DNA from: a bacterium
GTDB taxonomy: Bacteria; Electryoneota; Electryoneia; Electryoneales; Electryoneaceae
Length of the DNA stretch: 64,000 nt
Direction of reading: 5' to 3'
NCBI GenBank assembly: GCA_963669175.1
Contig: OY769902.1
Span: 2,368,001 to 2,432,000, forward strand
Positions within the stretch are counted from its first letter, which is position 1. The number at the start of each line of letters is the position of its first letter. The notes under the pieces are model-generated. The model was not told the origin of the DNA. It saw nothing but the letters and a program-made list of their open reading frames with translations, and searched no databases. Position numbers and translations under genes: made by a program. Below, one piece after another: positions 1 to 10,070 of the stretch.

Positions 1-426
1 GGTGACCCGGAAAGGGCACGGGTGAATGTTGTCCCGAGTGATTATATCCTCGATGCGATGGAATATTTGAGCGGTATTGATGAAACGATTGGCCAAGTCT
101 ATCAATTAAGCGATCCTGCACCGTTGACTGTTGATGAACTGCTCAAGCTTTTCGGCGAAGCGACCGGGAAATTCATGGTCAGGATTCCTCTGCCCTATTG
201 CGCTGCAACAGGAGCAATCAACCATGTTCCGATTGTCGATGACCTGTTGCGTATTCCTGCTGCAACGATAGATTACTTCCTGAAGCCAACGCATTATATC
301 AATGAGAAAACAACCCAGGTTCTCCAGAAGGGGGGCATCGTCTGTCCACCGCTTTCGGATTATATCCGGCCTCTGGTAGAGTATATGCGACGTCATCCGG
401 GGGTTTCTTCAAAGGCGATGGTGTAA
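1..426 (+). CDS. SDR / NAD-dependent epimerase (male-sterility-like) oxidoreductase, C-terminal part (5' truncated by window)
   Basis: Frame is open from base 1 (GDPERARVNVVPSDYI). The 'NVVPxDY...GQVYQLSDP' motif is typical of extended SDR C-termini. Confidence 0.7.
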   Translation, partial: GDPERARVNVVPSDYILDAMEYLSGIDETIGQVYQLSDPAPLTVDELLKLFGEATGKFMVRIPLPYCAATGAINHVPIVDDLLRIPAATIDYFLKPTHYINEKTTQVLQKGGIVCPPLSDYIRPLVEYMRRHPGVSSKAMV

Positions 427-487
427 CACTTTAGTATGATAGTTGCTGGTTGCAGGTATTCGCGCTTGTCCAAAGGGTTTGGTTGAT

Positions 488-3127
488 ATGGCAGACATTC
501 TACTAGTGAGTGCAAAGCATAATTGGACGAGGGCTGAACGTCTGAAGGAAGCATTTGAAAGCACAGACCATCCAATCACCATATCAGAACCGTTCTCTCC
601 CAACCGCTTTACCGGGCAATCTTCAACACTTCCGGAACTGCTCCTTATTGATATCTCCATTATTCGCGAGAATGCTCCTTATTTGAAGGAGTTATACGAA
701 TCGTTTGCCTGGCGTCTTCCCATCATTCTCCTGGTTGATCCGGATGACCGTTCGCATGCAATCTGCTTCATGCAGATCGAGGCCCGTGATTTTGTATACT
801 GGGATGAACCTGATCTCCTGATGGTAACGGTTGAACGTGAATTGCAGGTCAAGGGTTTTCGCAGACTGGTCAGTGAGATTCAGCAGGAACGCGATCTCCT
901 GCTCCAAAAGCATCGTACCCTCATCGAAACAGTTCCCATCGGCGTTGTCGAGCTGAACCGAAAAGGGATGATCACCTTTGCCAGCTCAGGTTTTCACCGG
1001 ATGTTCGGGTTCAATGATGGTGAGCTGACCCGGAAAAGCCTGGCGCGTCTGGTTCCCGGTTTGGACGCGCGTACTCGTTGGGAACGTCTGCTCAGACATC
1101 TCATCATGGAATACACGGAACCGGCGACAATCCACGGCGCATTTATGAGAAAGGACGGTCGTGTTCGTGACGTCGCTGTTGACTGGAATTATCGTTATGA
1201 CGAGAAGGGGAATATCAGCGGAATATTGGCAACCTGCGTCGATCTAACCGGGAAGAAGGAAGTTGAACGGATCGCGCAGCAGCATACAGAAGTGATTCAA
1301 GCGCTGCATATTGGGATTGTTGTCTGTTGTACCAGGGGTGTTGACAATTCCTTTTTCGTTCGTTCCGTGAATAGAGAAGCCTGCAAGAAGACCGGGAAAG
1401 ACCGAAAAATCCTGATAGACCAACCATTTCAGGAAGCGTTCCCGGCTTTTGTCGATGCCGGGTTGCTGGATTTGCTTCGCACAACACTTGAGACAGGGTT
1501 ACCCCAGAGCAAAAAGTCTATCACATACAGCGATGAATATGTTCAGGATCGAGTTTTCGCTATAGACGTCTTCCCTGTTTTTCCGGACTGTATTGGTATT
1601 GCTTTTGATGATGTCACCGAACAGGTCCATGCCTCCCAGGCGCTTCGTGATTCTGAAACCCGGTACCGCAGCCTGATCGAACAGTCAACCAGCGGTATAT
1701 ACCTGATGCGTGATGGACAAATCGAACTGGTTAACCGCAGGTTTACCGAGATGCTGGGGATTGCACCCGAGGAAGCTTATGACCCAGCTTTTAACCTGAA
1801 TATGTTTGTCGCAGATGACAGTAAGGAGTTGATGGAAAAACGCGCCCGTATGTTACTCCTGGGCGAGGAACTGCCTGAGCGTTTCGAGTTTACCCTGAGC
1901 ACCAGGTCCGGACAAACTATCCCTGTTGAAGCGGTTGTATCACAGATTTCCATACAGGGAAAACCGGCGGTACAGGGTATTCTGCGAGATATAACCGGAC
2001 GGCAGCGGACAGGCAAAGAACCCGCAAGGAAACTTGAAAAGACACAACAGGCGCTTCTGGCTTATTCAATAGAGCATGAAGCAGAATATTTGAGTGAATT
2101 TATTGCACTGATTAGCCAGGACTTCGCTTCAGATCCGGGCGCTGCAAGGGATTTTGCCATCTTGCAGGATTCCTACGGTCGAATTACACAGTATGCCAGC
2201 CAGCTTCTACATGATTTTAAGGATGAGAAGGATGAAATAGAAAGTCTTGATATCAATAAGGTTATCCAGACAGTAGCCGACCATCTCGGTTTGAAAACGA
2301 AGCAAGGAGAGAGGCTGCAATTACACTTGGTAGAAGAACAGCTCATTGTCAGGATAAAGCGCTGGGATATCCTGTCAATCTTGTTTGACAGTATTACGTT
2401 ATTACGGTTGGGCGGAAATGAGCAGGAAAGTGAATTACGTGTGGCGACTGCTCGAAAGCTGATCACAGATGAAAGTATTGGAATACCTTCCCCGCTGGAA
2501 GCAGGCGAATATGTCTGTTTGACGATTCGGGAAACGCATGCGTCCACGAACGATACTCCTTTTGAGTATGGCAGCCAGTATAGCAGGATGGCGCGGGAAA
2601 GATTACAGGCTGGCATTACTGGTTTACTGGCAGAATATGGTGGCGCTGCAAGGTTTTACATCGACGAAAACCGTGAGGAAGTTATCACCCTTTACCTGGC
2701 GTGTCATTCAAGGAAACAAGCCACCATCGCCAGCCTTGCTACTGTTGCCGGGGACAGCCATGCCGGAAAACTTATGATCGTCGATGACGATCCAATCGTC
2801 CTGAATACAATTACCAAACTTCTTCGTACAATGGGCTATGACGTGATCGAAGCGGATTCCACAGAACAGGCTTTGGAAGTGTACGACACCCTGGAAGATG
2901 GAATTTCGTTGTTGGTGACTGATGTTATGCTGCCCGGGGAAAATGGCATCGTATTGGCTGATAAACTCTGTGAGGTTCAACCTGATCTGAAAATCCTGTT
3001 TATTTCCGGCTACCATAACACCTCCCTGTTCGAGAAGGCTGTGCTGGAGCAAAGGGCGCCTTATCTTCAAAAGCCCTTTACACCCGGTGTTTTACTGCAT
3101 AAAATCCGGGAAGTACTCGAAACCTAA
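488..3127 (+). CDS. Multi-PAS hybrid sensor (degenerate REC - PAS x3 - degenerate His kinase - REC)
   Basis: ORF 443..3127 with likely ATG at 488. PAS/PAC motifs (RKDGRVRDV, SETRYRSLIEQS, GILRDITGR). Intact C-terminal receiver (MIVDDD, LLVTDVMLPG, FISGY, LQKPF). The kinase H-box and G-boxes are not conserved. Confidence 0.85.
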   Translation: MADILLVSAKHNWTRAERLKEAFESTDHPITISEPFSPNRFTGQSSTLPELLLIDISIIRENAPYLKELYESFAWRLPIILLVDPDDRSHAICFMQIEARDFVYWDEPDLLMVTVERELQVKGFRRLVSEIQQERDLLLQKHRTLIETVPIGVVELNRKGMITFASSGFHRMFGFNDGELTRKSLARLVPGLDARTRWERLLRHLIMEYTEPATIHGAFMRKDGRVRDVAVDWNYRYDEKGNISGILATCVDLTGKKEVERIAQQHTEVIQALHIGIVVCCTRGVDNSFFVRSVNREACKKTGKDRKILIDQPFQEAFPAFVDAGLLDLLRTTLETGLPQSKKSITYSDEYVQDRVFAIDVFPVFPDCIGIAFDDVTEQVHASQALRDSETRYRSLIEQSTSGIYLMRDGQIELVNRRFTEMLGIAPEEAYDPAFNLNMFVADDSKELMEKRARMLLLGEELPERFEFTLSTRSGQTIPVEAVVSQISIQGKPAVQGILRDITGRQRTGKEPARKLEKTQQALLAYSIEHEAEYLSEFIALISQDFASDPGAARDFAILQDSYGRITQYASQLLHDFKDEKDEIESLDINKVIQTVADHLGLKTKQGERLQLHLVEEQLIVRIKRWDILSILFDSITLLRLGGNEQESELRVATARKLITDESIGIPSPLEAGEYVCLTIRETHASTNDTPFEYGSQYSRMARERLQAGITGLLAEYGGAARFYIDENREEVITLYLACHSRKQATIASLATVAGDSHAGKLMIVDDDPIVLNTITKLLRTMGYDVIEADSTEQALEVYDTLEDGISLLVTDVMLPGENGIVLADKLCEVQPDLKILFISGYHNTSLFEKAVLEQRAPYLQKPFTPGVLLHKIREVLET

Positions 3128-3141
3128 CTGTTGGATTATCT

Positions 3142-4167
3142 ATGGCGAGAATTCTGGTTGTTTGTGGCGGGGACAACATGGAGCGTCGTGTGTCCCTGGC
3201 GTCCGGTGATGCGGTTGCACGTGGCCTGAAAGCTGCGGGCCATGATGTGGTAAAATTGGATACCGCTGCACCGACAAAACTTGCCAAACCGGATGAGACT
3301 TTCCTCGAAGGCGTGGTCGGTCCTACACCGCCGGATGAGTTGTCGCGCGCCAAATTGATGAGCAGTGGATGGGGAATGCTCGTCGGAACCATTGCCATGG
3401 CGGAACCGGATGCCGTTTTCCCGATTCTTCACGGGAGTTGGGGAGAAGACGGCCGTTTCCAGGCGTTGCTGGATATGATGGGAATTCCTTTCCTGGGAAG
3501 TGGAGTTCTGGCGTCCCAGCTTTGTATGAATAAGGTGATGACAAAGGAAATTGCCGAGAAGAATGAGCTCCCATTGGCCAAAGGCTTCATCGTTGATCTT
3601 GGGGCGTATGTTGAAGACGTTATCAAGCGTGCTTTTGAAGAACTTGGCAGCCCCGTAGTTGCTAAGCCGATGAGCAGCGGAAGCGCGTTGGATGTATTTA
3701 TCTGTGATGATGGCGATAAACTCAGGACTGCAATTCGCGCCATTCTGAAAAGCCGTGAACATCCCCTTCTGGAAGAATACATTCCGGGCAAAGAACTCAC
3801 CGTGGCTGTCCTGGACGGAAAAGCGCTGCCAGTGGTTGAAATCGCTCCAAAAACGAGTTTCTACGATTATACCCGGAAATACACCAAGGGCGAGACTGAA
3901 TATCTCTGCCCGGCGCCCATCCCGGACAAAGCAGCCCAGGAGCTGATGGATTATTCTGAACGCATCTTCGGCGCAGCCGGCTGCCGTCATGTTGCGCGAG
4001 CGGATTGGCGGTACGATCCCGAGTCCGGGTCGCTGGCGTTCCTGGAAGTTAACACAATTCCCGGCATGACAGATCTGTCACTGGTACCCATGGCGGCACG
4101 TGAAACCGGTCTGGATTTCCCTGCGTTGATGAATCGGTTTGTCGAATTGGCGCTCAAAAAGAAGTGA
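3142..4167 (+). CDS. ddl: D-alanine--D-alanine ligase
   Basis: GG..ERRVSLASG, FPILHGSWGEDG, CMNK, EEYIPGKELTV, FYDYTRKY, ARADWR, LEVNTIPGMT. Confidence 0.95.
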   Translation: MARILVVCGGDNMERRVSLASGDAVARGLKAAGHDVVKLDTAAPTKLAKPDETFLEGVVGPTPPDELSRAKLMSSGWGMLVGTIAMAEPDAVFPILHGSWGEDGRFQALLDMMGIPFLGSGVLASQLCMNKVMTKEIAEKNELPLAKGFIVDLGAYVEDVIKRAFEELGSPVVAKPMSSGSALDVFICDDGDKLRTAIRAILKSREHPLLEEYIPGKELTVAVLDGKALPVVEIAPKTSFYDYTRKYTKGETEYLCPAPIPDKAAQELMDYSERIFGAAGCRHVARADWRYDPESGSLAFLEVNTIPGMTDLSLVPMAARETGLDFPALMNRFVELALKKK

Positions 4168-4265
4168 AAAAAGTGAAGAAAGTGAAAAATGTGAAAAGGG
4201 AGGGGTTGCCAGCGGGTGTGTCCAGGGGAGTAAATCCCGGATAACATGAAGATGTGGCGAAAAAC

Positions 4266-4336
4266 GGGACTGTTACCTTTTCAAGCTATTGATTACAGGA
4301 CTGTCAATTCGGGGTTTGAGAAAAGGTAACTGTACC
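4266..4336. repeat. REP-like inverted repeat (GGGACWG family)
   Basis: GGGACTGTTACCTTTTC (4266-4282) pairs with GAAAAGGTAACTGTACC (4320-4336) at 15/17 positions. Confidence 0.6.
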
Positions 4337-4868
4337 AGATTCTTCGCCTTTTACGCCGCAGTCACCATTTTGATAAGCTTTTGATCACACTGGAATTAAA
4401 TGCTGCCATCTGGAATATTACGGCTATTACGCTTTCGATTATAGCTGCATCATTGGTTATGATGAAAATGAAAAAACAAAAATAGTATCATGTGTTTGCT
4501 CCTTCTTTTGGGCTGCTCACAGGAATTTGTGCGTATTATCTACGAGTACGTTTCGTCAGGTCTTGACGTGATGCCGTTTTCGCGTTCTACTCCGCAATTT
4601 CAGACACCTGTCCGACTTCACACATGCTATTTCGCTTGATGGATCGTCATCAGGCATCACGTTGTGACCTGACGACAGCGAGAATGTTGAATCAGGTGGC
4701 AGGTCACAACGCGACAATAACAGGGCACGAGGTGGTTTCAGTATCATTGTGCATTCTGGAAAACACAGCAAAAGTCGAAGACGAAATGTCGCGTCAAGAC
4801 CTGCCACAACATTGCCCGGATGCACAAATTCTTGTGAGGGACCTTCTTTTGATTGTATCTTACATCTT

Positions 4869-6665
4869 ATGAATGAGCTTTCCCCTGAAACAGCGACCAG
4901 GCCTTATCAAACATGCAACCGATCATTGCATGTTTTCCTGCTACTCGTGTTCACCTGTCTTGTTGTCCATCCTGTAAACGCAGCCGTCATCCTTACCGAG
5001 ATCATGTACAATCCGGATGGCCCGGACTATTACACGGAGTATATCGAATGTTACAATACCGGTACTGGCGTGATTGACCTGCATGGCTGGATGATTGGGG
5101 ATGGGGATGAGGCCGATACACTGATCACACCGCCGGATCGCAGCACATCCATGCTGCTCCGGCCGGGGCATTACGCTCTTATCCTCGATGCCGGGTATTG
5201 GGAGAATGGCGAAAGTCTCTATGATGATTTTATCCCTGCGGATGCCCTGCTGCTGACCGTTTCCGATGCCGCCATAGGCAGCGGCGGACTGGGCAACAGC
5301 ACACCGGAAACAGTGCAGTTGTTTGATGCGTTTGGGGATGTTGTCAGTCAACGGACTTACCGTATCGGCGCAGAACAGGGGTGTAGCGAAGAGTGCATTC
5401 TCCTCAACGGCGATTCAAGTAACGCGAATTGGACGTTTTCAGATTTCGGCGGCTCACCCGGCTATGAGAACACCGTATCCCTGCCGGATTTTGACCTCGC
5501 GGTGGATTCACTTCGTCTCTCTATCAACCGAAGCGAGAATGATGCAGCCTATGATCTGATCATTGAGGGGGGGATCAGGAATACAGGCTTGCAGGTAGCC
5601 CAATCTACGCAACTTGCGCTTTATATGGACCGTCATCGCCGTGGACACTGGGAGCTGGCTGGAGATTGGACTGTCCCTGCCCTGGATTTTGGTTATGTGT
5701 ATCCTGTCGATGCACGGTTGGAACAAGTCCCGGGTGGACGCCTGGATGTGCAAATCAGACTGGTTACAACGGATGATGACACGACCAATAATGTCGCATG
5801 TGCTTTCGTCCATGTGCCCTTCGAAGCAGGCGTTGTCCGGTTTTCAGAGCTTATGCCGGCCCCGCCGGAAGAAATCGCCGTCGAATGGTTTGAACTGCTG
5901 AACTCTTCGAACGAATCCAACCTGCCGCTCGCTGGCTGGACCATTACAGACGAATCCGGGAGGATAGCAAGCCTGGATTCGATATTGAACATCAATCCCG
6001 TCTTTGGTGAGGATGGGAGCTGGAAATACCTGGTCGTAGCGCAGAACGAAACGATCCTGAACTGGCCGGGGATTGATGCTGCAAGAGTTGTAATCCCGGA
6101 AAGCTGGCCGTCGTTGAACGATGATGGCGATGTCCTGACGCTTTCAGATCCGACAGGGCAAAGAATTGATATTGCCGAGTATTCGGAAGCCGAATCCGGA
6201 ATCAGTTTTATTCGGCGTGATTGGCATGAGAAGCCGTATCCCGGTGATTGGATTGTCATCAGTGATCCCACTGAAGCATCGCCCGGCGAACCGAACCGAA
6301 TTTCCCCGTATGAACCTGGGACAAGCCCTGAGGTTGTTGAAGCAGGCGCTCCTGTCCTGAGCATTTCTCCGAATCCCTTTTCACCGGATGGAGATGGACG
6401 TGAAGATGAAGTCCTGTTTCACTTTGGCGTCGCCTCTGAGCAAATCGAAGTGACCCTGCGCCTGTTTGATGTGAATGGACGTCGGTTGGCGACACTGATG
6501 CGTTCTACTGTTTTACCTGGAAATGGTGTTTGGAGCTGGGATGGGCGAGTAGACGGCTACGGCTATCTCCCGGCAGGGATTTATGTCTATCACGCGGAAA
6601 TCAGGGATGCAAACGGCTCTGGTAAATGGGAAACCAAAGGGACGCTGGTTTCAGCGCGGAAGTAG
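4869..6665 (+). CDS. Secreted lamin-tail-domain protein with CARDB-like and C-terminal FlgD-Ig/CHU_C-like domain
   Basis: Signal peptide. Two LTDs (ILTEIMYNP...EYIECYN...DLHGWMIGD; FSELMPAP...EWFELLN...LAGWTITD). C-terminus ISPNPFSPDGDGREDE...WDGR...PAGIYVY. Likely ATG 4869 within ORF 4749..6665. Confidence 0.85.
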   Translation: MNELSPETATRPYQTCNRSLHVFLLLVFTCLVVHPVNAAVILTEIMYNPDGPDYYTEYIECYNTGTGVIDLHGWMIGDGDEADTLITPPDRSTSMLLRPGHYALILDAGYWENGESLYDDFIPADALLLTVSDAAIGSGGLGNSTPETVQLFDAFGDVVSQRTYRIGAEQGCSEECILLNGDSSNANWTFSDFGGSPGYENTVSLPDFDLAVDSLRLSINRSENDAAYDLIIEGGIRNTGLQVAQSTQLALYMDRHRRGHWELAGDWTVPALDFGYVYPVDARLEQVPGGRLDVQIRLVTTDDDTTNNVACAFVHVPFEAGVVRFSELMPAPPEEIAVEWFELLNSSNESNLPLAGWTITDESGRIASLDSILNINPVFGEDGSWKYLVVAQNETILNWPGIDAARVVIPESWPSLNDDGDVLTLSDPTGQRIDIAEYSEAESGISFIRRDWHEKPYPGDWIVISDPTEASPGEPNRISPYEPGTSPEVVEAGAPVLSISPNPFSPDGDGREDEVLFHFGVASEQIEVTLRLFDVNGRRLATLMRSTVLPGNGVWSWDGRVDGYGYLPAGIYVYHAEIRDANGSGKWETKGTLVSARK

Positions 6666-6678
6666 AAAAGGTGGTATG

Positions 6679-6761
6679 GAAAAAGGGGACTGCCTCCTTT
6701 CCCTTGGATCAAGTCTTCGCGCTGTGTTTATTGTTCGGGAAAGGTGGCTGTACCCTTTTTC
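6679..6761. repeat. REP-like inverted repeat (GGGACWG family)
   Basis: GAAAAAGGGGACTGCCTCCTTTCCC (6679-6703) matches the reverse complement of 6737-6761 at 22/25 positions. Confidence 0.7.
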
Positions 6762-6765
6762 AAGA

Positions 6766-6895
6766 GTAAACTAGGAAGAGTAAACTAGGGACGACAGTAA
6801 ACTAGGGTAAACTAGGGACAGACGGTAGTTTATTTTATGATAATATGTTGTAATAACTGTATATATGACAAAAAAACTACCGTCTGTCCCTAGTT
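6766..6895. repeat. Four GTAAACTAGG direct copies leading into a perfect 22-bp inverted repeat
   Basis: GTAAACTAGG at 6766, 6780, 6797 and 6807. AACTAGGGACAGACGGTAGTTT (6810-6831) and its exact reverse complement (6874-6895) surround an AT-rich spacer, between convergent genes. Confidence 0.85.
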
Positions 6896-6916
6896 AAAAG
6901 AAACAAAGCCAGAATC

Positions 6917-9076
6917 TTACATCGCAAAGAAATACGTCCATTTCATCCGGATGGTACGGTCGCCCTTGTGCCAGTCTTCGGCAAAATCAGTGAGACGGTT
7001 TTCATCATAAACGATATAAAACCAGCTTCCCGGATGCCAGTTCCAGGCGATAAGGAAGTTGGACAGCAGCTCACTGTCATCCATGGATGAGCCATCCACA
7101 ACATATTGGATGGTTCCACGCAGGGTCAGGTGCAGGGTAGGATTGTACCTTGTCCGCAGGCGATAGACATAAAAATCTGCGGGTGCGCCGTCATTGGTGC
7201 GTTGGGCGCCTTCAACGTGAATGTAGCGCATTGAAAGCGCAGGTTCGATATTCTGCCTGATCCGAAATTCTGCTTCTACACCGCCGCCCCATTTCTGACC
7301 TTCACGGAATGTTCCCTGGTCCGCGTCAAGTTCCAGTGATACAGGCTTACGTTCGTCCGTAGACATGTATACCCAACGGTTGTACCAGGGATGCCATTCG
7401 GGACGGAAATCGCCGAAATTGTCCTGCTTCAGGATGGATGTGCTATCGTCATCCGTGTCACGTTCACGATAAAATCCCGCGCCCCAGTTCATTCCGAAAC
7501 TGTAGTAGTAGTTGCTTCGGGTGGAGATGCCAAAATTAAAATTCCCGGACCGCTCATACAGGGAACCGTCCGGCATGGCTTCATGATAAAGGTTGATATT
7601 TCCCCTGAACGCCTCAATCGATCCACCTTCGGGGAAGATGACATGCTGCGCCCAGAACCATTGCCCCATCACACGTGAATAGCCGGTCCATCCCAAGTCA
7701 TTGATGTCAAAATCCTTGCCACGGTAATGCCCGCCCTGTCCCACACGCCACGCGCCTTTTGTGACATAGAATTCGTAGTTGCCGCTGAAAGGCTGCTCTT
7801 CGGCCCCGGATTTATCCAGTCCGGCAACAGCACAATCGAAATAGTTTTCTTCGCTCCAACGTAACCGTGTATCCACCATGCCGGATGACGCATGAAAATA
7901 ATCTTCCTGAAGCGTGGTTCCGGTGAACCCGATACGGCTTCCCCCGGGAAACTGGTAGACAGTGCGTCCGGCTACGACATCCTGTGTGATATGGTCTTCC
8001 GCCTCGTTCTGGGTGACAAGGAAACTACTCCGGGTATTGCCCCATTGCCCGGTCACACGAGCGCCCATCTTGGGGTCAGTGATCTTTCGCGTATAGATCA
8101 GTTCCATCGGCGCTTCATCAAACAGGCTCAAGCCTTCCAGGAAAAAGGGACGCTTTTCATCAAGGTAGATCGGGTAATCGGAAAGGTTGATTTCTTCATC
8201 ATCCACATCCACCTGGGCGAAATCGGGCTGAGCAGTGATGTCCACTGTCCATGCGGAGGAGGGAATCAGTTTGACATCTATCCCCAGGTTATCGAGCGTA
8301 TTTTTCGACTCAAAGTTGGCATTGCCATTTCCATCCCACCGTCCCACAGCGTGAGGCAGAATCTCCATGCGGAGCCCGGCACGGATGCCCTGCAGGTTGG
8401 TGATGAGCCCGAATTCGCTGACACGTTGCCCACGTTGACGGTCCACCGGTTGCCAGACCGACCATTCGTTCACGCGACAGATGACACGTCCGAAATTGGC
8501 GCCCCAACCGGTTTCGCCTTCACCGTGACGGAACGTGTTGAACGGAATCCGCATTTCCGCGATCCAGCCCTTTTCATCGATACCGACTGCCGATTCCCAG
8601 ACACCGTCCCAGGAATCGCTCAGGTAGTTCTCATTGTACCAGGTACCGTCCTCCTGAACCCCGGCAGCGTTGACCCCGAAATAGTAGCCATTACGGTCAT
8701 CGTTGAAACTGTCCAGGTTGAAATAAACGGCGTCCGATTCGCCAAGATGATCCCGTCGGTCAACCAGCCCTTGAATGCTGTCCGGACAGGGATCCTCGCA
8801 GATGAAAATCACGTACAGGGCTTCCGGATCGTACATGAGGCTGATGTAAGTCGGGAAAGAGACCGGCGCGCCTTCGTTAGGTGCAACCTGGACGAATTCA
8901 CCGGTAAGGGAAGCATCGAGCCAAATCTCGTCCAGTCTGCCGTCAATCAGAGGTGTCTTACCGTTCAGCGGGTGGGCGACCAGCTCACGTTCGGGGGCAG
9001 CATGCAGGGCTGTGGTGAATATCGAAAAATGTACCAGTATAAATAGATACAGAATTACCTGAAGACGCCTGCCCAT
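6917..9076 (-). CDS. DUF5916 / carbohydrate-binding family 9-like outer-membrane protein
   Basis: Signal peptide. IDGRLDEIW, FGVNAAGVQED, WDGVWES, WIAEMRIPF, QPDFAQVDVD, EKRPFFLEG. Ends in a beta-barrel-like KWTYFF. Confidence 0.85.
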   Translation of the reverse strand: MGRRLQVILYLFILVHFSIFTTALHAAPERELVAHPLNGKTPLIDGRLDEIWLDASLTGEFVQVAPNEGAPVSFPTYISLMYDPEALYVIFICEDPCPDSIQGLVDRRDHLGESDAVYFNLDSFNDDRNGYYFGVNAAGVQEDGTWYNENYLSDSWDGVWESAVGIDEKGWIAEMRIPFNTFRHGEGETGWGANFGRVICRVNEWSVWQPVDRQRGQRVSEFGLITNLQGIRAGLRMEILPHAVGRWDGNGNANFESKNTLDNLGIDVKLIPSSAWTVDITAQPDFAQVDVDDEEINLSDYPIYLDEKRPFFLEGLSLFDEAPMELIYTRKITDPKMGARVTGQWGNTRSSFLVTQNEAEDHITQDVVAGRTVYQFPGGSRIGFTGTTLQEDYFHASSGMVDTRLRWSEENYFDCAVAGLDKSGAEEQPFSGNYEFYVTKGAWRVGQGGHYRGKDFDINDLGWTGYSRVMGQWFWAQHVIFPEGGSIEAFRGNINLYHEAMPDGSLYERSGNFNFGISTRSNYYYSFGMNWGAGFYRERDTDDDSTSILKQDNFGDFRPEWHPWYNRWVYMSTDERKPVSLELDADQGTFREGQKWGGGVEAEFRIRQNIEPALSMRYIHVEGAQRTNDGAPADFYVYRLRTRYNPTLHLTLRGTIQYVVDGSSMDDSELLSNFLIAWNWHPGSWFYIVYDENRLTDFAEDWHKGDRTIRMKWTYFFAM

Positions 9077-9325
9077 GACATCTCCTGTATGGTTCCCAGT
9101 GAGAAAAAAGACAATGAAAAAATCGCAAGCAACGTTTCACCGGTGTATTGATACACCGGTCCAAGACATACTTCTCCATCAAGTATTGTGACAAATAGCA
9201 TGCCTTGAATGAAAGTGATTGATAATTCGAGAAATATACATGATTCCAGATGGTGAAATTGGAGGAAATGTAGGGAATTAAAACGCCAGTGAGCCGCGAA
9301 CCGTTTCATGACGCTACATGGCTCG

Positions 9326-9373
9326 AAGTTGAAAAGTTATCAAGTTGTAAAGTTGGAAAGTTGAAAAGTTATT
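9326..9373. repeat. Degenerate 8-bp tandem repeat (AAGTTGNA x6)
   Basis: aagttgaa aagttatc aagttgta aagttgga aagttgaa aagttatt. Confidence 0.75.
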
Positions 9374-9424
9374 GATTCGCATTCAGGTCGCATCACAGTT
9401 GCATGGCCTGAAGTTGTGAGTAAG

Positions 9425-9708
9425 GAGCTGTCCCGCAGGCTGGATGCACCGGCTTGAGGAATACGAGTTATCCCGAAGGGATTGGATAGGTGAGCCCCGG
9501 GTACGTGCCGTTTGTTGGGCACGCACCCGGGGTTAGGATTCAACAAAAAGCCCTGCTCCGAAGGAGTTGGATAGAAGCTTACTGAGTCAGTATTCTATCC
9601 GACCTTTATCCAACTCTTTCAGAGTTGAATTTTATGTGTTCGTGCCCCGGGTAGGCGTCAAACAGACTACGCCTACCCGGGGCTCACTTATCTAACTCCT
9701 TCGGAGTA
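9425..9708. repeat. ~285-bp REPIN-like palindromic element, copy 1
   Basis: Near-identical to 10071-10356. Contains CCCCGGGT...ACCCGGGG hairpins and CTCCGAAGGAG/CTCCTTCGGAG motifs arranged as two inverted halves. Confidence 0.9.
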
Positions 9709-9782
9709 GAATACGTGGTACTCGAGTCCGGGTGGTTTGAAGTTGTGAGTTAGGAGCTATCTCGCACGGATGAGATAAACTT

Positions 9783-10011
9783 GCGTGGCCCGGCGTGCCT
9801 TGTGCGCCGAGGCCCATTGCACCCGGGCGATTGTGTCCTTTCCGTACTGAGTAGCTTGCAATGTGCACAGAGGGCCATTCCTGATAGCTGGGGTAAGGCT
9901 GGTCGCCAGGCAAAATGGGAATCATCACTTCGTTATCGTTTTCGAAGTCTGAATCAATTCCTTTACAGCAGATGCTTCGCAATGCCCGGGTGCGAGCACG
10001 CCGGGCCACGC
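9783..10011. repeat. Second REPIN-like element nested between the two 285-bp copies
   Basis: GCGTGGCCCGGCGTGC...GCACCCGGGC on the left pairs with GCCCGGGTGC-GA-GCACGCCGGGCCACGC on the right. Confidence 0.7.
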
Positions 10012-10070
10012 GGTTTGATTGCATATCGCCGCACTTGTGTATGGCTGGACAGCCTGATGTCGGGAATATT

